Of a stretch of DNA of 33,717 bases, positions 19,731 to 29,044 are shown in pieces; the first letter of the stretch is position 1, and every line of letters starts with the position of its first letter. The stretch lies in the NCBI GenBank assembly GCA_964604995.1, contig CAZSAD010000018.1:1-33717 (forward strand), written 5' to 3'. The position numbers and the translations under genes are program-made. The notes under the pieces were generated by a model, which made no database searches, was not told the DNA's origin, and worked only from the letters and a program-made list of their open reading frames with translations. The stretch comes from an uncultured Methanosarcinales archaeon. GTDB taxonomy: Archaea; Nanobdellota; Nanobdellia; Woesearchaeales; JABMPP01.

Positions 19731-19826
19731 GAATGGTATTGAAAGGTATTGAAGAGTATTTAATTAAATTGTATTTACCTAAGTTAATATTATGTGTATT
19801 GATATGTGCATTGATGTGTGTATTGA
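19731..19826. repeat. two adjacent imperfect tandem triplets (10-bp x3 and 12-bp x3)
   Basis: GAATGGTATT/GAAAGGTATT/GAAGAGTATT (19731-19760) and TATGTGTATTGA/TATGTGCATTGA/TGTGTGTATTGA (19791-19826). Confidence 0.85.
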
Positions 19827-19848
19827 TTAGTTCAATTATTTTAATTTT

Positions 19849-20586
19849 TTAACTTATTTCAACTTTTTCTATTGTCATAAAATATAGTATCCAAAATAAA
19901 AATCCTATAACCAAAGTCCCAATTAGCATTAACCAAAATGATTGTGCGACCCATATCATAATTGCTGCACCAATAACTATTCCTAATAACAGCATAAAAG
20001 TAGATCTTGCTCCAAAAAATCCAGTTGAACCATCAAGTGGAGGCACAGGAATCATTGAAAATACAGCATACCATAAATTTATTTTTACAAACATTCCAAT
20101 TGCCCAAGCATTTGTTGCAAGATAAATTGGTTTGAATATAAGTGCTAAAAGCAAATTTACAAGTGGACCTGCAAATGCTGCCCAAGTACTTAATGAAAGA
20201 TTTAAACCATGCCTAAAACTTCCAAGTCTATGTAATCCCATTTCAACTAGCCAAACACCACCTAAACCAAGGAAAAAAAACTTTCCTTGTGAGAGAAATG
20301 CACCAATTAATGCAATTACAATCCCATATGGCCAAAGTTTGTATTCTGCTCGATAACCAGTACTTAATGCCCAAAGCTTATGTGCAGTTTCATGAATAAA
20401 AAAAACTAGTATTACTAATATTAAAATCAAAAAATAGTTTCCTAACCAATGTGAAAGCTCAAATGTTGGAGCACCATCGTCAAAAGCGAATAGAAATGCT
20501 GCAACTAGACATGCAATACTTAAAGCTTCCAGCTCTTTGAGATTGAATCTAAAATGATTTTTTACACGATCTATATATAGTCCCAT
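19849..20586 (-). CDS. M50-family (site-2) intramembrane zinc metalloprotease
   Basis: HETAH (HExxH), AGPLVN and PVPPLDG in a multi-TM protein. Confidence 0.88.
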   Translation of the reverse strand: MGLYIDRVKNHFRFNLKELEALSIACLVAAFLFAFDDGAPTFELSHWLGNYFLILILVILVFFIHETAHKLWALSTGYRAEYKLWPYGIVIALIGAFLSQGKFFFLGLGGVWLVEMGLHRLGSFRHGLNLSLSTWAAFAGPLVNLLLALIFKPIYLATNAWAIGMFVKINLWYAVFSMIPVPPLDGSTGFFGARSTFMLLLGIVIGAAIMIWVAQSFWLMLIGTLVIGFLFWILYFMTIEKVEIS

Positions 20587-20657
20587 AATATTAACTTATG
20601 AAGGATAGGTATAATAATTTTTCGACGCTTTGATGAAATTTAGTTTATGAATAAAGT

Positions 20658-21425
20658 TTAGAATTCTATTTTATCCTCACCTGCAGTAATAGAATAGGTA
20701 TATTCAACTTTGCCTAATCTTCCTTTTTCAAGAAGATCTTCTATCCCTTCTTCGTGGCCTGCACCAACAACTGCAAGTATGTGAGCCTGTGGATTTAATG
20801 AAGAAAGTGTCAAAAGATTTCTTGCCATGACATTGTTTCTTTCTTTAATTAGAACTTTATAAATTCCAGGATATCTAATTTTAACATATCCTATAAGTTT
20901 TTTTATTATTTCTTTGTCTGGAACAGTTGATAAATCTATTTGAGTAATACCCATTTTTCTAAGCTGTCTTTTTCCTGTAAATATACCTTTAAAGATATCA
21001 GCAATTATTCGCATTTTTTCTTTAAATCGCATTTCTAAGCTTAGTCTTCTTAGGGTAATTTCGATATCTTGGTCTATAAAAACAATTTGAAGATTGTGTT
21101 TTTTGGTAAGTTTTATTGCGTGTAACATCTCACTACCAGGACTTAGACCAACACTATTACCCAATTTTTGCTCTACATAATGTCCAATAACACCAAACAG
21201 CCAGCCTGTAAAACCAACTTGTTTAATCATTGAAATACTTGGTCTTCCATCTTTAGCTTTTTTCTTGCTTTTTGGCTGTTTTGATTTTTCTTCAAGTGCT
21301 AAGTATCTTCTTTGATCTAATTCAACAGCTACATAATTAGGTTTATGCTCTAAAATATACTCTTCAATCTCATCCATTGATTGTTTTGAGATATGCGATG
21401 TACCAATTATATGTATTTTTGACAT
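20658..21425 (-). CDS. TraB/PrgY/GumN family protein
   Basis: IIGTSHIS, VAVELD..R, PGSEM, IDQDIEITL, LIKERN..MA and VVGAGH. ATG 21425 lies about 25 bp downstream of TTTATAA. Confidence 0.92.
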   Translation of the reverse strand: MSKIHIIGTSHISKQSMDEIEEYILEHKPNYVAVELDQRRYLALEEKSKQPKSKKKAKDGRPSISMIKQVGFTGWLFGVIGHYVEQKLGNSVGLSPGSEMLHAIKLTKKHNLQIVFIDQDIEITLRRLSLEMRFKEKMRIIADIFKGIFTGKRQLRKMGITQIDLSTVPDKEIIKKLIGYVKIRYPGIYKVLIKERNNVMARNLLTLSSLNPQAHILAVVGAGHEEGIEDLLEKGRLGKVEYTYSITAGEDKIEF

Positions 21426-21616
21426 ATTAAATTGGTTAAATTTAAGGGTTATAAACATTTGGCTAAAACATTTAACATATTTGAAGAATTTGCCATATTT
21501 TAAGACTTGAATCAGTTAGAGAGTGGGTTTGCAAAAAGTTTAAATATAACATTGCATCTTTGAACTGTGTAAAGAATGCCACTTTTCGAGGATAAGGCTA
21601 GTTTCGAGGTGTAAAG

Positions 21617-21898
21617 ATGCTTAAAATGAAAAAAATTACTGAAGTTTATGATATGAAGGTATTCACCGATGACGGCGATTATTTTGGTGATATTGAAGAA
21701 GCCATTTTAGCTACAAACAAAGTTGCAGGATGGAGAGTTAGAGCAACCAAAAACTCATTTTTAAGTAAAGTGCTCGGTTCAGCTAAAGGAGTCATTGTCC
21801 CACATGAATTAGTTAAAAGTGTTGGAGATATTGCAATAATCTCAAAATCTGCTGTGCCATCATACGGTCCTGAGGACGGTGGAGAAGAAGATAAATAA
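21617..21898 (+). CDS. archaeal PRC-barrel protein (CdpB-like cell-division factor)
   Basis: KVFTDDGDYFGDIEE...GVIVPHELVKSVGDIAII PRC-barrel pattern with an acidic tail. GAGGTG SD and TTTAAATA at about 21538-21546. Confidence 0.85.
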   Translation: MLKMKKITEVYDMKVFTDDGDYFGDIEEAILATNKVAGWRVRATKNSFLSKVLGSAKGVIVPHELVKSVGDIAIISKSAVPSYGPEDGGEEDK

Positions 21899-22020
21899 AA
21901 TTATTATTTAATTTTTTATTATATTTCTTTTGATTATAATTCTAATTTTTTTGATTATTGTTTATTATGACTACTTCTTTGCAGTTTTAATCTGATTTTA
22001 AAGTTATAATACTAATTTTA

Positions 22021-22079
22021 CGAAACTTTTTTATATTAATTTACCTAAAATAAGTAAAAATAGTGTAGATTTACTTATT
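22021..22079 (+). promoter_or_regulatory. BRE-TATA promoter with overlapping inverted-repeat operator upstream of the Lrp gene
   Basis: CGAAACTTTTTTATAT (22021-22036), followed by AATAAGTAAA-N11-TTTACTTATT (22049-22079). Confidence 0.6.
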
Positions 22080-22111
22080 ATTTGTAATAAATTATGTGGT
22101 GGGTATTTTAA

Positions 22112-22642
22112 ATGAGTAAAAAATTGGATAAAAATAAAGATTCTGGTAAAAATACCCTTCTAAAAGAAAGTTCTTTTAATTATAAATTAGATGATAAAGA
22201 CAAAAAAATTTTGAATGAGTTATTTGAAAATCCAAGAAGCAGCATTGCTGAAATTTCAAATAAAACAAAAATCAAAAGAGACAGTGTCAAATACCGATTT
22301 AACAAAATGCTTAAAGCTAATCTTGTTAAGTTCAAAACAGAATTAAATTTGAAAGAAATGGGATTTATGATTTCTTGTGTGATCATAGCATCATTACAAA
22401 ATTTAACTTTAGATACTGAAAAAGAAATCGATGATTTTTTGAAAAAAAACAAAAGTTGTGAAAAACATTATTTTCTTTCTGGAAAAAACGATTGCCTTAT
22501 CGTATTAAGATGTAAAAACCTGGATGAACAAAATTATTTTGTACATGAATTTAGAACAAAATTTTCAAATCACATAAAAGATTTTGAGATTGATGGAATC
22601 ATAAAAGAATGGGAAAAAAGTGTAATTGACAATTCACATTGA
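22112..22642 (+). CDS. Lrp/AsnC family transcriptional regulator
   Basis: LDDKDKKILNELFENPRSSIAEIS...SVKYRFNKM HTH, and a C-terminal RAM domain (LSGKNDCLIVL). Confidence 0.9.
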   Translation: MSKKLDKNKDSGKNTLLKESSFNYKLDDKDKKILNELFENPRSSIAEISNKTKIKRDSVKYRFNKMLKANLVKFKTELNLKEMGFMISCVIIASLQNLTLDTEKEIDDFLKKNKSCEKHYFLSGKNDCLIVLRCKNLDEQNYFVHEFRTKFSNHIKDFEIDGIIKEWEKSVIDNSH

Positions 22643-22723
22643 TAAATTGTTATTAATCAAAAGGGTTAATTAAACATCATTGTTTTAATGGCATGTTGCC
22701 AAGTAAAATAAAATAAATAAAAA

Positions 22724-25700
22724 ATGGAAAAAAAGAGGAAAATTAATAGGTGGGCAACTAGAAAAGCCCAGCTTACAATGTTTGTAATAATTGGACTTTT
22801 AATACTTTCTACATTTACTTTTTTTTATTATCTGCAAAATTACATTTCTCAAAAAACTATGGAAAAAAGAGTGGACAAGGTGTATAGTGATATTGTTCAA
22901 AATACCCCCATTAGTTTTTACGTCTCAAAATGTGTTGAGCAATCATTAGATGAAGGAGTTTACCAAATAGGAATCCATGGAGGAATAATTCCTAGTAATA
23001 TAACTGGAAGCATACTTCCAAAATTAAAAATGAATTTAGGGATGGATGATCCTGAAAGTGTTTATTATAATGGAACAAATGTTACAATGGTTATTCTTAA
23101 TTTGAATGCAAAAAGTATTCCATCAACTGAGTATGACACAAATTTACCAAATTACCCTTGCATGCCTTATTTATTGCAATATGGTATATGCAAAGCTGAA
23201 GAAAATTCAACTCCAACAAATTCATGTTATTTTATAGGAAATATGAATACTTCAAAAGAAGGATGCATATCACATGTTGTGGCTAATATAAATACGAATA
23301 AAGAAGATGATACTTCCGCTGCTGCTTTTGGAAAAAAAAGATTTTTTTATTTAGATAATGGAGATAACCCAATTTTAAGACCATCAATGCAAGAACAACT
23401 TGAATTTTTTATTTCTAATAGAACTGATTCTTGTGTTAATTTGACAGGAATTGCACTTTTAACTGGACAAAATATTACAAAAATGCCGCCTAGTTCTAAT
23501 ATAACTATTGGAGATAATATGATTTTAGCATATGTAAAATTTCCAATTGTTATTTCAGTTCAAGGAAATCCGCCAATTACAAAAATGATTTATTTTAAAG
23601 CACAAAAAAATGTAAGACTTGGAGCAATAAAAAGAATTGTTGATTACACAACAAGAAAAGACAATGGAATTTTAGATTATGATTTATGGGATGGATTAGT
23701 TAATGAAACTAGTAGCAATTATGAATTAAATAAAACTAGTGGATTAGATTATGATGTGTTTGTAATTAAAGATAAATTATATTCTGCACTTTTAGGAGAA
23801 GATTATATTTTTCAATTTGCAAGGCAAAGAAGATGGCCTACTTTAGATTATATTACTCAAGATATTAATTTATACAAAGCAGGATATAGACTTGGAAAAT
23901 CTGCTTATTATTATCCTAATAAGAGCATGGGCTATGATTATTTTATACCTGCAGGATCTTATATAGAAATTGAGCCCAATGCAACAGATCCTGATGAGAG
24001 GGAATTAATTTATAATTATTCTGGATGGAAACAAGATTATAATGAATATTGGAATAGTACTTTAGAAAATGATTTAAAAAATACATTGGGTAATTGCACC
24101 GATAATCCTGCAAATTGCATGTATAAAGTTTATCCGGAGATAGGAAATTTACCTCCACGTGAATGGACAAATAGCAATTCATATTATTTTAAAGGAGGTT
24201 TTACTGGAAAAGTAAAAATAAATACAACTGCAAATGAATCTGGACCACATATTGTTAGAGTCAATGTTTCTAATGGAAAATATTCTGATTATCAAGATGT
24301 TAGAATTTTAGTTTTTGATACAACACAACTTAAGGCTGAAGGTTATAATCAATTCCAAGATATTGATAAAAGTGTTGCATCAATTGAAGATCCATATTAT
24401 TTTGAAACAGGTGGTTCAACATTATTCTGCAAAGATATGGTATATGATTATCAAGATGAAAGTGAAGTAACTAATCATACATCGTTGGTAACAAATATTA
24501 TTACTGGTCACACATTATACTCTGGACCAGCCACAAAAATTGCACTTTTGAATATGTATGCAAAAATTTCTCCGAATGATTTTGATATTAACAATGTTAC
24601 TGGCCCATTTGATAATAATACAAATGGAACTAATAATTATAGGATACATAATATAAATGTATCAATTGAATTTACAGGAACATGTCCTGGAGGACAGTAT
24701 AAAAAATTCATTGATGTGAATGTGACACAGTGTGTGCCACATAGAAGCAATATTGCAACATATCCTTTTAATAAATATAATGAAAGCGATTATAATTTGA
24801 TATTTGGGAAATTAAGTATAAATGGAAATTATGTTAATTATTGGGATTCTTCCACTGATCCATTTGAAGGAAATCATTCATGCTGTGAGGTTAGTTTAGT
24901 AAATGGGATTTACAATATAACAAAAGGAAATGAATGTTATCATTTTGAATCATATTCAAATTTTATGCCAAATAAAAGCAAAGAATATTTCCCAGCTACT
25001 TTAGCAATCAATGATACTGAAGGATTTACAAATGATAATTTAGATCTTAATGTAATGCCAACAATAGAAAAGGTTAATGGAAATGAATTGGATTGGTATG
25101 AGATGGATCATTATGAAACTCCATTTAATCAAATTCCTTGGTACCTTAATGATGTTTATCATAGAATTGTTAGTCAACAATGTTCTGGAACAAGAGGAAA
25201 TGCTTGCAGTGGACCAATAACTGATACTTGGACTAATTCTACACCTTGTAATGATAAGAATACAAGCAATGGAGAAACTGAAACATGTGCTGGACCAAAG
25301 CCAACTTCAGAATCTGAGTGCTGGTTCGGATTTAAATCAGATGGTACTAGTTGTGGTCAATCTGCTGAATCAATTGCATGTTACCCTTACACTTATTCAA
25401 ATAGGGAATCGTTTGAAAAAAGTTATTTGAAACTTAGTTGGGCAACTGGGATTTGCAATAAAAATTGGAGACTTTCTAATGGGCCTGATGGTGGAAGATA
25501 TGATGTGCCCAGTGGACAATTTTTGTGCCAGGGTGCTTGTGGTAATGAAGGATGTGGTATAGCTGTGAATTGTATTGATATTAATTCTTATGATAGAAAA
25601 ATGCCAATTGTAGATTGGCCAGGCAACATTCTTGAAAATAATAATATTTATGGTTGGAGTAAATATGATTTAACAATGATAGGAACGCGACTAAATTCTA

Positions 25701-28300
25701 ATGAAACAAAAGTTCCACCACCAAATATAAGCACTGCTAGAACTTGGTGTGATGGAACATGTTTTTCCAATAGTGGAACTAGTGCTTCACCAACACAAGT
25801 TTTTGGTGTTGTAGGTATAAATTATTGCACAACAAGAGATTATGTTCCTTATCGACTTGTAAATGCAAATGCAGGTATTATGAATGATAGCATTGGATTT
25901 TTGTCAGTCAATTTAGATACCAGTGAAAGCAATTGCACTGCATGCTCAGGGCCAAATTCCAATGCTGATCAGAAAACAAAATGGATACTTGGTGGAGGAG
26001 AGTTTGGAGAGTATAGTGGTGTTAATGCACCTGGATGCTGTGGCGATGATAATGATGAATATTCATTAAATTGTTCAAATCAAAACAGTCATTCAACAGC
26101 AAATTGTCAAAATACACCAACAACAACCACAAATAGATGCTGTGATGCATCAACAAGTTGTGTTAATATAAATGGAAGCTGTGCAAATACAAATGTTTGT
26201 CAAAAATTAGGAAGTTATCCGTCATACTGCGAAAGTGGAACTTGGAAAGATCCTGACACAATTTCAAATTTTTGTACAACGTGCGGATTGGAATATTCTA
26301 ATAGTGCTTCAAAATGCTGTGGCGATGATTTAGTAGAAGATAATTGGAACTCAACGGATCAAAATTTTGGTTGCTGCTGCTCTGGAAATGTTATTGCAAA
26401 AATGAATGATTCCTTTTGTGGAAATCCTTCTGTAAATCAATGGTGCTTAAATGGAAATTATTGTTCAAGAGAAGTTTGGAGCAGTGTAAGTGGTGCATTT
26501 AATACGAATCATAATTTAAAATGTGGTTGCAACGCTGATTCTGTTAAATTATCAAATTATCAAAATGGTGCAAAGTGTGATAATACCGGTTCAAATAATT
26601 TAAATGGAGATGGAATTTGTGCTGTTGTTAGCTCAACAAATAGTTATACTTGTGATACAAGTTATGCATGCATCAATTCAAGTGGGATTATAAAAAATGA
26701 TTGTAACTCATGTGGCTCAGCAAATAGATGTGATTCTAATGTTAAAATTGGGTTAACTCCTGGTTATCAAAATGATGGAACTTGCACACAAACATCATGT
26801 TGCACACAATGGGCTTCTGGACTTAGTAACACAAGTTTAAATTCATGTGATACTGAAAAGGTTATCTGTAGTGCTTCGAAAAATGGATATGTATGTGATA
26901 ATGTAAATGCTAAAGGATTTGATGGAAATGCATCTGATCTTAGATGTGATGGAAGCAACAAACAATGCACAATGTGTAATTTTACCAGACATACAAAAAA
27001 ACAAAATAGTATTTCTTATCTGACCCAACCATTAAGCAATGATATTTGTGAATCTGGTTGTGGTGCTGATCCTAAAGCTGATGGTTACAAAAATAATTCA
27101 TGCTTACTAGATAGAAGTGGATACGTTGGAGCTGTTTGTGAATTTAATAGTGAACCTGATCAAACACAAACAGTTTGTGAATGTATGAAGCCTACGCCTT
27201 ATGGAAGTAATTGGGAAAATGGAAAACAGTGCTGTGATAAAACTGGAGATAATTGGATATTTGCAGATACTAATAATAAAAATGCATGCGTTGATGGAAA
27301 TATGACAATTTGCAATTCAACAAATACTTGCAAGACAGTAACTGTTGGAACTGATACATATTATTGTGATGGAAAGGCTGGTGTATGGAATATAGGAGAT
27401 GGGCAAGGATTGGCATGCAATAAAGAGAGTGGTACAAATGGAATATGCTCTAAAACAAATTTAAATGAAAAAGTTTGCTGTACTGAGAACATTGTAAATA
27501 AAAGTAATAAGTATATATGCGGTTGCGATGGATATGATGGAGAAATGTGTGAACAAAGTCCAGATGGATTATGGTTAGTATTTACACAAGATGGACTTTG
27601 TGCAGAAAATTTGTGTGATAAAGAATCACCAATTGCACGCGATACAACCAATTCTAAATATTACCAAAAATGCGATAGTCATAGTACATTACAATGTGAA
27701 GACACAATTTTGGGATTATTTAATCCGCAAGGTTTATGTCAGGATTATTCTTCGCCAAATAATTGTTGTTTATGGAATGAGAATGATCAAACAATATTGG
27801 TCGAACAAAAAAATTCAAAATGGAAATGTGATACAGGGGATAATGGATGCATTGGTAATGTTGAAGAAAAATGTAGTCCAGTAAAAAATGGAATTTTCAA
27901 AAATAATTATAGATGTTCTTCCAATAATATATGTGAAAAATGTAATAACAAATTAAATGAAGCTGGAAAATGTGAACAAGGCTGTGGTTCTGAACTAGCA
28001 TGCAATGGTATTGCAGCTCCAGGAATGAATATATTTGGAGAAACTATTCCTGCAACATTTTGTGAAGATAATGAATGCAAAAGATGTAATAATGCTTTTG
28101 TATTAAAAAATAATGATTGGAATGCAATTGATCCAATAACATTTATGATAATAAATGCCAATAAATTTTCTTGTGGATGTAGCGAAAGTGATGATGGATA
28201 CGCTTGTGATGGTAATATGGATGGTTATTTAAATTTGGGCAATTATATTGATGGTTATTGCAGTGCAAAAACTTGTGTACCTTTACAGGTTTTATCTTAA
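22724..28300 (+). CDS. giant Cys-rich surface protein with class III (pilin/archaellin-type) signal peptide
   Basis: RKA|QLTMFVIIGLLIL leader; Ig/cadherin-like segment (ATDPD...HIVRVNVSNG...QDVRILV); about 110 Cys and about 48 N-x-S/T sequons by manual count; CCGDD repeats. Confidence 0.8.
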   Translation: MEKKRKINRWATRKAQLTMFVIIGLLILSTFTFFYYLQNYISQKTMEKRVDKVYSDIVQNTPISFYVSKCVEQSLDEGVYQIGIHGGIIPSNITGSILPKLKMNLGMDDPESVYYNGTNVTMVILNLNAKSIPSTEYDTNLPNYPCMPYLLQYGICKAEENSTPTNSCYFIGNMNTSKEGCISHVVANINTNKEDDTSAAAFGKKRFFYLDNGDNPILRPSMQEQLEFFISNRTDSCVNLTGIALLTGQNITKMPPSSNITIGDNMILAYVKFPIVISVQGNPPITKMIYFKAQKNVRLGAIKRIVDYTTRKDNGILDYDLWDGLVNETSSNYELNKTSGLDYDVFVIKDKLYSALLGEDYIFQFARQRRWPTLDYITQDINLYKAGYRLGKSAYYYPNKSMGYDYFIPAGSYIEIEPNATDPDERELIYNYSGWKQDYNEYWNSTLENDLKNTLGNCTDNPANCMYKVYPEIGNLPPREWTNSNSYYFKGGFTGKVKINTTANESGPHIVRVNVSNGKYSDYQDVRILVFDTTQLKAEGYNQFQDIDKSVASIEDPYYFETGGSTLFCKDMVYDYQDESEVTNHTSLVTNIITGHTLYSGPATKIALLNMYAKISPNDFDINNVTGPFDNNTNGTNNYRIHNINVSIEFTGTCPGGQYKKFIDVNVTQCVPHRSNIATYPFNKYNESDYNLIFGKLSINGNYVNYWDSSTDPFEGNHSCCEVSLVNGIYNITKGNECYHFESYSNFMPNKSKEYFPATLAINDTEGFTNDNLDLNVMPTIEKVNGNELDWYEMDHYETPFNQIPWYLNDVYHRIVSQQCSGTRGNACSGPITDTWTNSTPCNDKNTSNGETETCAGPKPTSESECWFGFKSDGTSCGQSAESIACYPYTYSNRESFEKSYLKLSWATGICNKNWRLSNGPDGGRYDVPSGQFLCQGACGNEGCGIAVNCIDINSYDRKMPIVDWPGNILENNNIYGWSKYDLTMIGTRLNSNETKVPPPNISTARTWCDGTCFSNSGTSASPTQVFGVVGINYCTTRDYVPYRLVNANAGIMNDSIGFLSVNLDTSESNCTACSGPNSNADQKTKWILGGGEFGEYSGVNAPGCCGDDNDEYSLNCSNQNSHSTANCQNTPTTTTNRCCDASTSCVNINGSCANTNVCQKLGSYPSYCESGTWKDPDTISNFCTTCGLEYSNSASKCCGDDLVEDNWNSTDQNFGCCCSGNVIAKMNDSFCGNPSVNQWCLNGNYCSREVWSSVSGAFNTNHNLKCGCNADSVKLSNYQNGAKCDNTGSNNLNGDGICAVVSSTNSYTCDTSYACINSSGIIKNDCNSCGSANRCDSNVKIGLTPGYQNDGTCTQTSCCTQWASGLSNTSLNSCDTEKVICSASKNGYVCDNVNAKGFDGNASDLRCDGSNKQCTMCNFTRHTKKQNSISYLTQPLSNDICESGCGADPKADGYKNNSCLLDRSGYVGAVCEFNSEPDQTQTVCECMKPTPYGSNWENGKQCCDKTGDNWIFADTNNKNACVDGNMTICNSTNTCKTVTVGTDTYYCDGKAGVWNIGDGQGLACNKESGTNGICSKTNLNEKVCCTENIVNKSNKYICGCDGYDGEMCEQSPDGLWLVFTQDGLCAENLCDKESPIARDTTNSKYYQKCDSHSTLQCEDTILGLFNPQGLCQDYSSPNNCCLWNENDQTILVEQKNSKWKCDTGDNGCIGNVEEKCSPVKNGIFKNNYRCSSNNICEKCNNKLNEAGKCEQGCGSELACNGIAAPGMNIFGETIPATFCEDNECKRCNNAFVLKNNDWNAIDPITFMIINANKFSCGCSESDDGYACDGNMDGYLNLGNYIDGYCSAKTCVPLQVLS

Positions 28301-28306
28301 AATAAA

Positions 28307-28903
28307 ATGTCAAAAGAAATACGAAGATATATACGGATTGAGAAAAGATCAGGATATAGCGATTATGCAATAGAAAAAGCACTGCTTGAATTAGGTTATA
28401 GTGGAAAAGAAATAACTCAAGCTTTTTTGGAAAGAAAAAGAAATGGAATAATATTATATTCCTTGCTTGGTTTGCTTGCAGTTTTATTGATATTAGTTGG
28501 AATATTCTTCTCAAAGGATATAATAAGAGTTGTAAATATGAATATTTTAGATAAAGAAGAAATACCAATTGAAGATGAACCTTACAGCTTAAATCAAGTA
28601 AAAATTGCAGAAACTGCTATTAAAAATAATGATATTACTCTTTGTGAACAAGCTGGTCCAATGTCGAAATATTGTCTTGCTGTTTTGAATAATAATATTA
28701 ATTCTTGTTTAAAATTAAAGCAGAATATGACAGATTATTGCGTGATGCAAACTTCAATTAAAAATAATCAAACTCAAAGCTGTGAGAGTGCTGGAAAATT
28801 AAAAGATAATTGTTATTTATTTTTGGCAATAAAAACAAAGAATAAAACAATTTGTCAAAATATGATAAATGGGAAGGATTATTGTTTAAACCAGGTAAAA
28901 TAA
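28307..28903 (+). CDS. membrane-anchored Cys-repeat protein, architectural paralogue of 19054-19704
   Basis: IRRYI...GYSDYAIEKALLELGYSGKEITQAF, a TM helix, then repeated C..+A+......C units. Starts 6 bp after the giant gene. Confidence 0.75.
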   Translation: MSKEIRRYIRIEKRSGYSDYAIEKALLELGYSGKEITQAFLERKRNGIILYSLLGLLAVLLILVGIFFSKDIIRVVNMNILDKEEIPIEDEPYSLNQVKIAETAIKNNDITLCEQAGPMSKYCLAVLNNNINSCLKLKQNMTDYCVMQTSIKNNQTQSCESAGKLKDNCYLFLAIKTKNKTICQNMINGKDYCLNQVK

Positions 28904-29044
28904 TTATTTGATAGTTATTTGAGTCATTAAATTTAATATGGAGATAAGCTTTAAAAATATGCCCTAGTTTTCTTTAGTTTGTAAGCAGAAATAATCAAGA
29001 AATATTAAAATTTAAAGAATTGGGTTATAGGGGGATACAAATTG

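Noticed and set aside
4507..19826. Intergenic repeats as CRISPR arrays
   Set aside because: Units are 9-15 bp, directly abutting with no spacers, differ between loci, and no cas genes are present.
20658..21425. TraB as evidence of a conjugative element
   Set aside because: This is the TraB/PrgY/GumN family, common on archaeal chromosomes. No relaxase, VirB4 or integrase is nearby.
21899..22020. Long intergenic stretch as an ncRNA or tRNA
   Set aside because: It is extremely T-rich with no GC-rich stems, and is better explained as oligo-T terminator sequence after the PRC-barrel gene.
22724..28300. Giant protein as a diversity-generating retroelement target
   Set aside because: No reverse transcriptase and no near-identical TR/VR pair with adenine-specific differences in the window. 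Internal repeats are old and diverged at all bases.
27591..28568. Alternative-frame and antisense ORFs over the giant gene and its partner (27591-27884, 27907-28161, 28143-28568)
   Set aside because: They are overlapped by well-supported CDSs and have no motifs or start signals. The same applies to the other short shadow ORFs in the track.
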